Assembly (NCBI GenBank): GCA_965238005.1
Contig: OZ250165.1
Location: forward strand, 1 to 64,000
Direction: 5' to 3'
Length of the DNA: 64,000 nucleotides
Source of the DNA: Longimicrobiales bacterium
GTDB lineage: Bacteria > Gemmatimonadota > Gemmatimonadetes > Longimicrobiales > Gaopeijiaceae
A model generated the notes under the pieces. That model made no database searches and was not told the origin of the DNA. It was given only the letters and a program-made list of their open reading frames with translations. Below are positions 37,302-47,356 of this stretch, piece by piece; the stretch's first letter is position 1; each line of letters starts with the position of its first letter. The translations under genes were made by a program, and so were the position numbers.

Positions 37302-38144
37302 GTGATCCACCGGAGGTTCGAGGTCGTCTCTCCTCACCTGAACAAGGGTGAGATCATTCGGGGCGACGTGCGCTACGCCGAGGGGCCGGCGCCCCGAACG
37401 GCCGTCATCGTGGTCCACGGATTCAAGGGCTACAAGGACTGGGGCTTCTTCCCCCATCTCTGCGAGCGGCTCGCCATCGCCGGCCATGCGGTTGTCTCCT
37501 TCAACTTCTCCCGGAACGGCGTCGGTGACGACCTCGACTCCTTCACCGAGCTCGAGCGCTTCGCCGCCAACACCTACGGCCGAGAGCTCGAGGACCTGCG
37601 CTGGATGGTGGATGCCGTGGCGGGTGGGGAGTTCCTCTCCCGGCGTCCCGAACGGATGGGGCTCATGGGACACAGCCGGGGCGGTGGGGCCGCCATCCTC
37701 CACGCCCGTAGCGACGAGCGACTGGCCGCCCTCGTGACGTGGGCCGCTGTCTCCCACTACGACCGCTGGACGGAGGAGACCAAGGCGGAGTGGAGGAAGT
37801 CGGGCCGCGTCCACGTCCTGAACTCCCGCACCGGGCAGCAGATGCCCTTGGACGTGTCCCTCCTTGAAGACTTCGAGGCGAACGCCGAGCGTCTCTCGAT
37901 TCTCGATGCGGCGAGGGAGGTGCAGGCTCCCTGGCTCATCGTCCATGGCCGAGACGACCTGACGGTAGCGGAGGCGGAGGCGCTGGAGCTGGCCCGGGTG
38001 TCGGGGAAGGCCAGGCTCGTTCTGGTGGAGAGGAGCGGTCACACCTTCGAGGTGGGCCACCCCTTCCAACGCTCGAGCCCCCAGCTCGCCGAGGCCATCG
38101 ACGCCACCACCGGGCACTTCGCCATCCACCTGGGCGAGGGGTGA
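37302..38144 (+). CDS. alpha/beta hydrolase
   Basis: HGFKGYKDWGFFP, GHSRGG, HGRDD, GHTF. Confidence 0.9.
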   Translation: MIHRRFEVVSPHLNKGEIIRGDVRYAEGPAPRTAVIVVHGFKGYKDWGFFPHLCERLAIAGHAVVSFNFSRNGVGDDLDSFTELERFAANTYGRELEDLRWMVDAVAGGEFLSRRPERMGLMGHSRGGGAAILHARSDERLAALVTWAAVSHYDRWTEETKAEWRKSGRVHVLNSRTGQQMPLDVSLLEDFEANAERLSILDAAREVQAPWLIVHGRDDLTVAEAEALELARVSGKARLVLVERSGHTFEVGHPFQRSSPQLAEAIDATTGHFAIHLGEG

Positions 38145-38737
38145 ACGAGGGGCCGCCCGGGGTTCCCACCCGCTGGGAGCGCATGATCGAGCGCCTCGAT
38201 CGGACGGCCCTGGTGCACGGCGTCGACGCGGGGGGACGGAGCCTGATCGAGGGGGCGTTCCGCGCGGCCATGGCCCCGAGGCTGGCCGTCATCCATGACG
38301 ACCATCATCCGGACTACCTGCACCCGGGCCGGACGGCAGCGATCCTCCTGGACGACGTGGGCCTGACCGAGCCCGTGGCCCTGGCGGCGGCTTGCCTGGT
38401 GGACAGCCAGCGACCAGAGCTCGAGCCCTCGGACTCGGAGGTGGAGGCCCAGGTCGGACGGGACGTCCTGGACTTTCGCGACCGCGTGCCACGGCCGGGC
38501 TCCGAACGCCTTCTGGAGGATCTGCTGGGGAGCGAGCCTCAGGTGGGGCTCGTGGCGCTTGCCGAGCGCCTGGACCATCTGCGCCACGCCCACCTCTGGG
38601 GGGATCTCGAGACGGCCTGTGCCGCCCACGCGGAGGGCTCGGCCGTGTACCTCGCCGTGGCGGAGCGCGCCCACCCGCTTCTCGCGCGCAGATACGCCCA
38701 CTGCTGCCGCATTTTCAGCATAAAATACGCTACTTGA
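38141..38737 (+). CDS. HD-like domain protein
   Basis: YLHPGRTA...[10 protein letters not shown]. Resembles a RelA/SpoT-type HD fold. Confidence 0.6.
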   Translation: MNEGPPGVPTRWERMIERLDRTALVHGVDAGGRSLIEGAFRAAMAPRLAVIHDDHHPDYLHPGRTAAILLDDVGLTEPVALAAACLVDSQRPELEPSDSEVEAQVGRDVLDFRDRVPRPGSERLLEDLLGSEPQVGLVALAERLDHLRHAHLWGDLETACAAHAEGSAVYLAVAERAHPLLARRYAHCCRIFSIKYAT

Positions 38738-38841
38738 CGGCCCCGGCCTTTCCTGCCTTAATGATGGGTCGGCCAGGGACGATGTTTCACCCGGACCGAG
38801 AGGGTCCAGGTCCACGTGCCAGGCAAGATAAGCGGCAGTCC

Positions 38842-39078
38842 ATGACCTACATCATTGCCGAACCCTGCATCGGTACCAAAGACGCGAGCTGCGTAGAGGT
38901 ATGCCCCGTCGACTGTATCTATGAGGGGGACGACATGTACTACATACACCCGGACGAATGCATCGACTGTGGTGCCTGTGAGCCCGAGTGTCCGGTGACG
39001 GCCATCTTCCCGGACACCGACGTGCCACCGGAGTGGACGAGCTACCTCGAGAAGAACGCGGTCTTCTTCGACAAGTAG
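38842..39078 (+). CDS. fdxA: ferredoxin (FdxA-like)
   Basis: CVEVCPVDC and [12 protein letters not shown]. Confidence 0.93.
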   Translation: MTYIIAEPCIGTKDASCVEVCPVDCIYEGDDMYYIHPDECIDCGACEPECPVTAIFPDTDVPPEWTSYLEKNAVFFDK

Positions 39079-39106
39079 GACTGAGCCTTCGACAGAAACA
39101 GGTGGA

Positions 39107-39148
39107 AAAAAGAGACGGAGGGACGCCGGCGCGCCCTCCGTTTTCTCA
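39107..39148. terminator. probable bidirectional terminator hairpin
   Basis: AAAAAGAGACGGAGGG...CCCTCCGTTTTCTC between convergent genes. Confidence 0.55.
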
Positions 39149-39199
39149 TGCCCCTCGACCGGGGGTTGCCCGGGCGATGCAATAAGCCGGATGCGAGTC

Positions 39200-39388
39200 T
39201 TAGATACCGAGCTCGCGAAGTCGCTCCAGGGAGATGCTCCCCGGAACGGCCTCACCCGCTGGCACGTCGACCGTCTCCTTGGGCGTGACCTGCTTCGTCT
39301 GACGAATGAGAAGCAGGCTCGCCACCGCGGCGGCGGCCCCAAGGATGCCCAGCGTCACCTTACGAATGATGCCCTCCTGTATGTGCAT
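39200..39388 (-). CDS. small membrane-anchored protein
   Basis: TM segment, ending ISLERLRELGI. Confidence 0.55.
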   Translation of the reverse strand: MHIQEGIIRKVTLGILGAAAAVASLLLIRQTKQVTPKETVDVPAGEAVPGSISLERLRELGI

Positions 39389-39732
39389 CGCTACTTACTG
39401 CGCCATCCCCACCTTACCCTAGGCACGAATCGTGCCGAGGCGGCCCGAAGCACGTTGCTGGTCCTCTAAGTGGTGGTCTACGAGTAAAATACGCTGGACC
39501 GGCCGATTAGTTTCACACCGACCATCATCCAAAATCCGACGGCGACTTGCCGGGAGTGCCGGAAAGTCCGTCTCTGTCGCCCGGTAAAGTTGGCACCGGG
39601 AACGGTGGGGGCTACTCTCACCGAGGCCGGTAGCGTCCGGTGCGCGGGGTGGATCGAGCCGGGTACACGGCGGGACGTTCGCCGCGGCTCAGGGGAGAAA
39701 AACGCATCAAAAAAGGGGAAAGGGATCGCAAC

Positions 39733-40926
39733 TTGAGTCAGGACACGAACTCATACTCGGACGCGGCTCGGCACGGGGACGCCCTGGCCATCGCCCAGGC
39801 CCTCGTCGCCACGCCCTCCGTGAACCCCATGCTGGAGGAGGGGGGCGCCGGTGAGGGGGCCATCGCCGAGCTGACGGCTGGGTGGCTCCGGGAGTGGGGG
39901 CTCGAGGTGGAGACGGTGGAGGCGTCGCCGGGCCGCTGGAACGTGCAGGCCCGCATGGGTGACCCCGGGGCGGGCCCTACGGTCCTCCTGAACGGCCACC
40001 TGGACACGGTGGGCGTGGCCGGCATGACCATCCCTCCCTTCGGCGCGGCGATCCGGGACGGCCGGCTGTGGGGGCGGGGCTCCTGCGACATGAAGGGCGG
40101 GGTGGCGTCCCTGCTCGCGGCGACGGCGAGGGTGGCCAAGGGGGATCCGCTCACCGGGTCGTTCGTCGTGGCGCTCACCGCCGACGAGGAGCACGCGAGC
40201 CTCGGCATGGACGCCGTGGTGCGCTCCGGCGTGCGGGCTGATGCCGCGGTCGTATGCGAGCCCACGAGCCTGGCCATCATGCCTGCCCACAAGGGCTTCG
40301 TGTGGGTCGATGCCCTCTTCCGCGGGAAGGCGGCCCACGGGTCGCGGCCCGAGGTGGGGGTGGACGCCATCGAGCACGCCGGGCGGTACTTGACCCGGCT
40401 CGGGAGCCTGCAGGCCGAGCTCAAGGAGGCGCATCCGCATCCGCTCCTGGCCCACGGCTCATTCCACGCGGGCACCATCAGCGGTGGCTCGGCGCCCTCG
40501 GTATACCCCAGCGAATGCAAGCTCGTCCTGGAGCGGCGGACCCTGCCCGGCGAGAACCCGGCCCGGGTCATGGAGGAATTCCAGGCCGTTCTGGACGGGC
40601 TGGCGGCCGAGGTCCCCCAGCTCGACGCCGAGCTGGTTCAAGGGCTCACGCGGCCGGCCACCGAGGTGCCCGAGGACTCCGCGCTCGTGCAATCGCTGAT
40701 CTCGGCGTGCTTGGTCCAGGGGGTGGAGCCTGTGGTGGAGGGCATGACCGCCTGGGTGGATGCGGCGTTCCTGAACGAGGCGGGCACGCCGGCCGTCTGC
40801 TTCGGCCCCGGCTCCATCGGCCAGGCGCACTCGGCCGACGAATGGATTGATCCGTTGCAGATCTCCACGTGCGCCGACGTGCTGCATCAGTTCGTCGGCG
40901 ACTTCCTGGGTGGGGGAGACGGATGA
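39733..40926 (+). CDS. ArgE/DapE-family M20 deacylase
   Basis: NGHLDTV, GRGSCDMKGG, DEE, CEPT, AHSADE. Confidence 0.92.
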   Translation: MSQDTNSYSDAARHGDALAIAQALVATPSVNPMLEEGGAGEGAIAELTAGWLREWGLEVETVEASPGRWNVQARMGDPGAGPTVLLNGHLDTVGVAGMTIPPFGAAIRDGRLWGRGSCDMKGGVASLLAATARVAKGDPLTGSFVVALTADEEHASLGMDAVVRSGVRADAAVVCEPTSLAIMPAHKGFVWVDALFRGKAAHGSRPEVGVDAIEHAGRYLTRLGSLQAELKEAHPHPLLAHGSFHAGTISGGSAPSVYPSECKLVLERRTLPGENPARVMEEFQAVLDGLAAEVPQLDAELVQGLTRPATEVPEDSALVQSLISACLVQGVEPVVEGMTAWVDAAFLNEAGTPAVCFGPGSIGQAHSADEWIDPLQISTCADVLHQFVGDFLGGGDG

Positions 40927-41618
40927 GCGAGGGGATGAACGTTCGGCAACAGGGCCTGAAAGCGGCGCGCCAGCGAGCGGTGGACACGCTCATGGAGCAC
41001 TTCGCCAACGACGTCCTGGACATGACAGAGTTCGAGCGGCGCCTCGACGTGGCGAACCGGGCCGCTAACGAGGCGGAGCTGAACGAGCTCCTCGCCGACC
41101 TGCCGGCAACGGATCTTCCGGTGCCTGCCCCGAGCGTGGTCCCGGCCCGGGGCGGTGCTCCCGTCGTCGTGTCCGCCGATCGGGTGAAAGAGCGCGCCTA
41201 CATGGTGAGCCTCATGGGGGGCAACAGCCGCACCGGCCGCTGGGTGCCGGCCCGCAGCAACTTCGCGATCGGGGTCATGGGCGGCTTCTCACTCGACTTC
41301 CGTGAGGCCATGCTGGGTCCCGGCGTGACCGACGTGAACGTGTTCGTTCTGATGGGTGGAGCCGAGATCATCGTGCCTCCGGAGATGGCGGTGGAGGCGA
41401 GCGGCTTCGCCATCATGGGTGGGTTCGATCACGAGACCGACGAGCCGCTCCGGACCGATCCCTATCGCCCCGTCCTCCGGATAAAGGGCTTCGCCATGTG
41501 TGGCAGGGTCGGTGTGGAGGTGCGGCTCCCCGGGGAGACCGCCAGGCAGGCCAAGAAGCGACGGCGGCTGGAGAAGAAGGAGCTTCAGCCGAGGCTGGCC
41601 CCGCCCAAAGAGGACTGA
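40923..41618 (+). CDS. DUF1707 / LiaF-like domain protein
   Basis: RQRAVDTLMEHFANDVLDMTEFERRL N-domain. MGG repeats in the C-domain. Confidence 0.8.
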   Translation: MSEGMNVRQQGLKAARQRAVDTLMEHFANDVLDMTEFERRLDVANRAANEAELNELLADLPATDLPVPAPSVVPARGGAPVVVSADRVKERAYMVSLMGGNSRTGRWVPARSNFAIGVMGGFSLDFREAMLGPGVTDVNVFVLMGGAEIIVPPEMAVEASGFAIMGGFDHETDEPLRTDPYRPVLRIKGFAMCGRVGVEVRLPGETARQAKKRRRLEKKELQPRLAPPKED

Positions 41619-41650
41619 CCGACAGAGTACAACCAACCAGGAGGACAACG

Positions 41651-42067
41651 ATGGAGAATGACGGCGCGCGCACGGGCGTGGCCCACTTCACCCATAACGC
41701 CATGCGGATCGTGGTGGGCTTCCTCTTCTGGCTCCACGGCCTCCAGAAGCTCTTGGGGATACTCGGTCGGGACGAGCCGGTGGAGCTCATGTCATGGCTC
41801 GGAGTTGCCGGCGTCATCGAGAGCATCGGTGGTGCCCTGATCATTCTTGGTCTGTTCACCCGGCCGGTGGCGTTCATCCTGGCCGGCGAGATGGCGATCG
41901 CCTACTTCAGGGTCCACATGCCGCGGGATCTGTGGCCCATCATGAACGGGGGGGAGCGGGCCGCGTTCTACTGCTGGACCTACCTCTTCTTCGCGGCGAA
42001 CGGCGCCGGGGCATTCAGCTTCGACGGACTCCTTCGCGCACGACGCCGGTCACGGGTAGCCGAATAG
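41651..42067 (+). CDS. DoxX-family membrane protein
   Basis: RIVVGFLFWLHGLQKL, GLFTRPVAF, NGGE. Confidence 0.9.
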   Translation: MENDGARTGVAHFTHNAMRIVVGFLFWLHGLQKLLGILGRDEPVELMSWLGVAGVIESIGGALIILGLFTRPVAFILAGEMAIAYFRVHMPRDLWPIMNGGERAAFYCWTYLFFAANGAGAFSFDGLLRARRRSRVAE

Positions 42068-42075
42068 AGTTGACT

Positions 42076-42492
42076 CTAGCAGTGCTCGTCGTACGCCGCC
42101 TTGAGGCTCTCGGCGATTTCGAAGTGATGCCGCCCCTCGATCTCATGGCGCTCCATCATATAGACGAGCTCGCCGTCCTTCAGCAGGGCGATGGAGGGGG
42201 AGGACGCGGGATAGCCCGTGAAGTAATCGCGCGCGCGGTCCGTTGCCTCCAGATCCTGCCCCGCGAACACGGTGGTGAGGACCTCGGGAACGTTGTCGTT
42301 GGACAGGGACAGGACCACGGCGGGTCTCATGGCGCCGGCGGCACAGCCGCAAACCGAATTGACGGCTACCATCGTCGTTCGTTTCTCGGTGCCCAGAACC
42401 TGGTCGACGTCCTCGGGTGTCCGGAGCTCTTTGAAGCCGACGCGCGCAAGGTCCTCGCGCATGGGCGCAACCAACATCTCGGGATAGGGCAT
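42076..42492 (-). CDS. BrxA/BrxB-family bacilliredoxin
   Basis: NSVCGCAAG, TVFAGQD, SSPSIAL. Confidence 0.93.
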   Translation of the reverse strand: MPYPEMLVAPMREDLARVGFKELRTPEDVDQVLGTEKRTTMVAVNSVCGCAAGAMRPAVVLSLSNDNVPEVLTTVFAGQDLEATDRARDYFTGYPASSPSIALLKDGELVYMMERHEIEGRHHFEIAESLKAAYDEHC

Positions 42493-42690
42493 TTACTGTG
42501 ACTCCTGTGGATGCCGGAATTCGGGGTTGGGCCAGGCATACCCCCCAGTCTCCGGAAAGTGCACCCGTTCCGGGTTGCTCGCCCATAGCCGACCCGTCAC
42601 CTTTCTTGCGTGCGTGCAATCCCGCACCCGCATCCGTCTCGCCGTTGAGTCGATTCTTACGGGAGCTCGCCGGGGGAGCCTGCGTCCAGC

Positions 42691-43050
42691 GTGTCCACAA
42701 GCACCGAGATCGTTCGCCTGAAGGTGAACGGGGACGTTTACGAGGCCGGCGTTCCCAGCCACTTCACGCTCCTGGAGACACTCCGGTACTCCCTCGGACT
42801 CACGGGCCCCCATCCGCTTCAGGACGAGTTCGACCTGAGGGGGGCCGCCCAATGCGGCTTCTGCACGCCGGGCATCCTGTGCTCTGCGGCCGCACTTCTG
42901 GAGCGCACCACGGAGCCCAGCCGTGACGAGATCCGGGAAGCCCTAGCCGGCAATCTCTGCCGGTGCACGGCTACACGAAGATCTACGACGCCATCGAGGC
43001 GGCGGCGGCGCGACTCGGGGAGTTCTAGGGATGTCATCCGAATCCCCTAA
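42691..43050 (+). pseudogene. xanthine-dehydrogenase-family (2Fe-2S) small subunit, internally deleted
   Basis: TLLETLRYSLGLTG joins directly to PHPLQ, so the first cluster motif is missing. QCGFCTPG and NLCRCT are retained, then a frameshift. Confidence 0.85.
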
Positions 43051-43210
43051 GTATCAGTCCGACTTCATGTTAATCGGATCACGACTCAGGAAGGTGGCGA
43101 CCGACGGCCCCTGGCGGGCTCTGGAATACGCCCGTGAAGCCGGCGCGTTGGGAGAGCCCGAAGCGGATGCCCGGCGAGTCCATGACGCGGCCATACCGGC
43201 GGACTGAGGG

Positions 43211-44320
43211 ATGATGATGCTTGCGGAGGATATGACGGAGGGTGTGACGGAGGATGTGACGGTGCGGATCGACGGTTCGGGAACTCGAGCAGGGCCCCGA
43301 GCCCACAACCACGTCCCGCTCCCGAGGACGGTCGGCTTTCTCTGGTGCCTGTTCGCGCTGGGGGCTGTGGTGGGGGCCTTGGCGGGCTGTGCGGGTGAGG
43401 CGGGCGAGGCGGGGGACCGCCAGGTGGACCGTCAGGTGGCCGGAGAGACCTCGACCGTCGAGGCAGGTGCCGACGTCTCGGCCGGTCCTGGACCCACCAC
43501 CCTCCCGGGCACCGACGAGGACTGGGGGATCATGGAGGAGCAGGCCCGTTGGGCCTACCGGAACGGTCTCGACACCCTGCCCATCGGCCAGCTCGTGGCA
43601 CGCATCGGCGAGAGGTTCGTGGGGACCCCCTATGCCCCGCACACGCTGGAGGTGGAGGGGGAGGAAGGGCTGGTCATCGAGCTCGAGGAGCTCGACTGCG
43701 TGACGTTCGTGGAGAACCTACTGGCACTGGCCCGCTTCGTCCGGAGCGTCCCCGAGGCCATGCTGGACGACCCGATGGGCCGGCACCGGCCCTTCTACTC
43801 CGGCATCCTCCAGAACATCCGGTACCGGGACGGGAATCTCGACGGATATCCCAGCAGGCTCCACTATTTTAGCGAGTGGATCACCGACAAGAACGCCATG
43901 GGTCTGGTCCGGGACCTTTCGCAGGAGCTCGGAGGGGTGGCCGACCACGAGCGCATCGACTTCATGACCACCCATCCGGACGCGTACCGGCAGCTCGGTG
44001 AGGATCCGGCATTCCTGCCCGCTCTGCAGGAGATCGAGGCCCGCCTCGGCAGCGAGCCCCGCCACTACATTCCGGAGGAGCGGATCGCAGAGGTCGCCGA
44101 CCGGATCCAGGACGGGGACATCATCGCCGCCACGAGTACGGTGGCCGGGCTGGACATCGCCCATACGGGGATCGCCCTGTGGAGGGATGGGCAGCTGCAC
44201 CTGCTGCACGCTCCCCTCGTAGGTGGGGTGGTCCAGGTGAGCGAAGTGTCCCTGGCGAACCGCATTCAGCGCATCGGAGGGCAGGACGGCATCATGGTCG
44301 CCCGGCCGCTGGATCCCTAG
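43211..44320 (+). CDS. DUF1460 / NlpC-P60-like amidase lipoprotein
   Basis: FVGTPY, LDCVTFVE, SRLHYFSEW, LDIAHTG, LLHA. Confidence 0.88.
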   Translation: MMMLAEDMTEGVTEDVTVRIDGSGTRAGPRAHNHVPLPRTVGFLWCLFALGAVVGALAGCAGEAGEAGDRQVDRQVAGETSTVEAGADVSAGPGPTTLPGTDEDWGIMEEQARWAYRNGLDTLPIGQLVARIGERFVGTPYAPHTLEVEGEEGLVIELEELDCVTFVENLLALARFVRSVPEAMLDDPMGRHRPFYSGILQNIRYRDGNLDGYPSRLHYFSEWITDKNAMGLVRDLSQELGGVADHERIDFMTTHPDAYRQLGEDPAFLPALQEIEARLGSEPRHYIPEERIAEVADRIQDGDIIAATSTVAGLDIAHTGIALWRDGQLHLLHAPLVGGVVQVSEVSLANRIQRIGGQDGIMVARPLDP

Positions 44321-44484
44321 AGTTCCGTTTCCGAAGTTCGCGAGCCACCAAGAGGGTCGGGGCGCCGTGGGATCGAGGCGGGACGACGCGGCGTAGCGCA
44401 AGCTACGCTAAGGAGTCACAACGCCGAGCCCGCGGATGCACTGTGCCCTCGACTGGCCGAGACACTTTGGTAACGGGACACTAG
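44317..44484 (-). mobile_element. MITE copy 3 (inverted)
   Basis: CTAG-AGTTCCGTTTCCGAAGT...ACTTTGGTAACGGGACA-CTAG. Confidence 0.85.
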
Positions 44485-44498
44485 AGGCGCCGTCACGT

Positions 44499-45222
44499 AT
44501 GCTTCGACTCCCTCCCTTCCGATATCACCGGCCCGACACGGTGCAGGACGCCGTGTCGCTGCTGGCGGAGTACGCTGAGAGCGCGATCCCGGTATCCGGT
44601 GGGACGGACCTGATTGCCAACATGAAGCACCGGCTCTTCACGCCGGCGCATCTGGTGGCCCTGAAGGGCATCGGAGAGCTCAAAGGGATCCGTGAGGAGG
44701 ACGGGGAGTTGGTCATCGGCGCCGCCGCGACGCTCACAGACGTATCGCTGCATCCTTCAGTCCGACGTCACTTTACGGCGTTGTCCGAGGCGGCGGGGCA
44801 CGTCGCTGGGCCCCAGCTCAGGAACTCCGGCACACCAGCCGGGGGGCCGGGGGAGATCGTCACGCGGATCCGGGTGTCGCTTCCCGCGCCCGAGCTACGC
44901 ACGGCCTACGTCAAGCTCCGTCAGCGCCAGTCCATCGACTTTCCGCTGCTCACGGTAGCCGTCAGCGGCCGACGTCGACCCCGAGAATCGGCTCCGCTCA
45001 TTGCGAGGAGTAGTGACGGCCCTGGGTGCGCGCCCCGAGGAGCTCACGGGGTGGGAGGAGCTCGCTGAGGGGGAGGTTCTCACCGACGAGTTCATCGAGA
45101 GACTCGCCGAGAGGGCGTTCAAGCAGTGTCATCCCCTGGAGAACCTCATCGGCGATGCCGAGTGGCGCCGGGCGATGGTGCCCGTGCACGTGGCACGAGC
45201 GCTGCGGAAGCTGAGGCGCTAG
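44499..45222 (+). pseudogene. xanthine-dehydrogenase-family FAD-binding subunit, deleted and frameshifted
   Basis: SGGTDL, IGAAATL, QLRNSGT, then a jump to PGEIVTRI. The C-terminus is in another frame (WRRAMVPVHVARAL). Confidence 0.85.
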
Positions 45223-45262
45223 CCCGATCTTCAGGACGTCACGCCGGGGACTCGAGGTCGCG

Positions 45263-45922
45263 ATGGCTCTGGGAACGCATTGGGAATGGAGGGGCTTCGG
45301 AGTTCTCTCCCATGCATTCCGAAAGCGCTTCGAGCCCCTCGAGGACCTTTTCCCGTCCGAGAGCATCGTGGACGAGTACATCTGGGTACCGGATCTCCCC
45401 ATCAATCTGAAGCTCCGACGTGGGACTGGAGGTCAGGATGGACTGAAGTTCAAACGGCCGGGACGCACGACGGGCGATTTGGAGGAGTGGCACGAAGATC
45501 CCAGCGAGATCTACGACTTTCCTTTGAGTACGGAGGCGTGGGACAGCCTCGGACGCGAGTTCGCCGACGTGAGCATCATCCTGCCGCCGTTCCCCGAGGA
45601 GCCCCTCGACCGAGATCTGACCCTCGATACTCTGAGAAGGAGCGACTCGAGCATTCGAGTCGTCACGGTCACGAAAGCGCGAGTGACCAAACTCTGGAGT
45701 GGCCGGGAAGGCGACGTCAGGGTGGAGGTGACCGAGATCTCCTCGCCGGACGAGGTCACGTGTCTCGGGCTGGAGAGCTCGGCCGGCGAAGAGGGTGAGC
45801 TAGCGGACGAGGCGGCGAGGTCGGCGATACGGAGTGCCAGAACGGTCTTGGGTATCGACAGTGAGAGCCTGGAAGTCATGAACTACCTGCAGGCCCTCAA
45901 TAGGTGGCTGAGTGTCCGATGA
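45263..45922 (+). CDS. hypothetical protein, possibly CYTH-like
   Basis: WEWR start, DEYI, NLKLR, LKFK, VTKAR, VEVTEI. Confidence 0.6.
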   Translation: MALGTHWEWRGFGVLSHAFRKRFEPLEDLFPSESIVDEYIWVPDLPINLKLRRGTGGQDGLKFKRPGRTTGDLEEWHEDPSEIYDFPLSTEAWDSLGREFADVSIILPPFPEEPLDRDLTLDTLRRSDSSIRVVTVTKARVTKLWSGREGDVRVEVTEISSPDEVTCLGLESSAGEEGELADEAARSAIRSARTVLGIDSESLEVMNYLQALNRWLSVR

Positions 45923-46119
45923 CCGACGCTATCGGCGGGATACCCTGACGCTGATCGGAGTGAGGACCGCGACCCGGAACGCGTCACCGGTGGACCAGCC
46001 CGACACCCCCAGCTTAGACTTATCCACACGGATCGGGACGCCCCTTTGCACCGAGACGAACGTCCCGGACCGGCCACACCCATATACCGCCCGCGGGGAG
46101 GGGCATCGCCGAGCATCCC

Positions 46120-46611
46120 ATGGCTGACAAAGACCTGACACCACGCAGCCCCGAGGGCTCCGCCTCCGAGATGACCGAGCTCATGATGCCCGGGCACGTG
46201 AACAACCTCGGTCACGTGTTCGGTGGAGTGCTCCTCTCCATGATCGACCGTGCGGCCGCGGTGGCGGCCATGCGGCATGCCGGCCAACCATGCGTGACGG
46301 TCTCCATCAACCAGGTGGATTTCCGGGAGCCCATCTACGCCGGCGAGCTCGTCATCTGCACGGCGCGGGTGAACTACGTGGGGAGCACGTCCATGGAGGT
46401 GGGGGTGAAGGTGATTGCCGAGCATCCCATCACCAGGACCCGTCGTCACACCAACGACTGCTTCCTGACCTTTGTGGCCATCGACGAGAACAGCCGGCCA
46501 GCTCGCGTGCCGCCGCTGGATCTCACCAACGACGAGGAGCGACAGCGCTTCGAGGAGGGCAAGCTCCGGCGCGAGCATCGAGAGGCTCTCGATCTCGAGT
46601 TGAGGTCCTAG
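46120..46611 (+). CDS. acyl-CoA thioesterase (hotdog fold)
   Basis: NNLGHVFGGVLLSMID, GSTSMEV, TFVAID. Confidence 0.93.
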   Translation: MADKDLTPRSPEGSASEMTELMMPGHVNNLGHVFGGVLLSMIDRAAAVAAMRHAGQPCVTVSINQVDFREPIYAGELVICTARVNYVGSTSMEVGVKVIAEHPITRTRRHTNDCFLTFVAIDENSRPARVPPLDLTNDEERQRFEEGKLRREHREALDLELRS

Positions 46612-46613
46612 GG

Positions 46614-47087
46614 ATGCCCCTCTCCGTCGGCACCCCCGCCCCCGACTTCGCTCTGCCCGTGAAGCCCAAGGAGGATCCACTGCTGCTCGCGGATTACAAG
46701 GGCGAGCGCAGCGTGGTCCTCATGTTCTTTCCTCTCGCGTTCTCCTCGACCTGCACTGCGCAGATGTGCACGGTGGCCGAGAACTACCGGGCTTGGGAGG
46801 CCCTCGACGCCGAGGTTATCGGGATCAGCGTCGACTCACCCTGGACGAACCAGAAGTTTGCGGCGGAGTGCGGGGCCACCTTCCCCATCGCGTCGGACTT
46901 CAACAAGGAGGTGTCGGCTGCGTACGACGCCCTCTACGACGAGTTGATGGGACTGAAGGGCGTCACCCGACGGGTCGTGTACGTCATCGACCGATCGGGG
47001 ACGATCGTCTACGCCTGGGAGGACGAGGACGCTGGGATCATGCCCGACTTCGACGAGATCATGGCTGCGGTGGAGGCCGCCGGCTGA
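46614..47087 (+). CDS. peroxiredoxin (AhpE-like)
   Basis: FFPLAFSSTCT, GISVDS, SDFN. Confidence 0.9.
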   Translation: MPLSVGTPAPDFALPVKPKEDPLLLADYKGERSVVLMFFPLAFSSTCTAQMCTVAENYRAWEALDAEVIGISVDSPWTNQKFAAECGATFPIASDFNKEVSAAYDALYDELMGLKGVTRRVVYVIDRSGTIVYAWEDEDAGIMPDFDEIMAAVEAAG

Positions 47088-47356
47088 GGGTTGAGCGTTG
47101 CTACGCGGCTTCGGAAAACCGTACTACGCGGCCCCGGAAGTGGTCGCCGTGTCCTCCAGAGCATCGAGCGCCCGCATGATGACGCTCGAGGGTATGTGGT
47201 CCTCGTGCTTGTACCGGGCCGAGCTCGTGAGGTAGTCGGGCTCGACGCCGCGAGCCTGGTTCTGATCTTATAAGGCGAAAGGCTGACCTCACTCGAGCGG
47301 GGCGTTACGCTGAACTTGCTCAAAGGCCTGCGGCACCCAACCCAAGGAGGCCAGCC

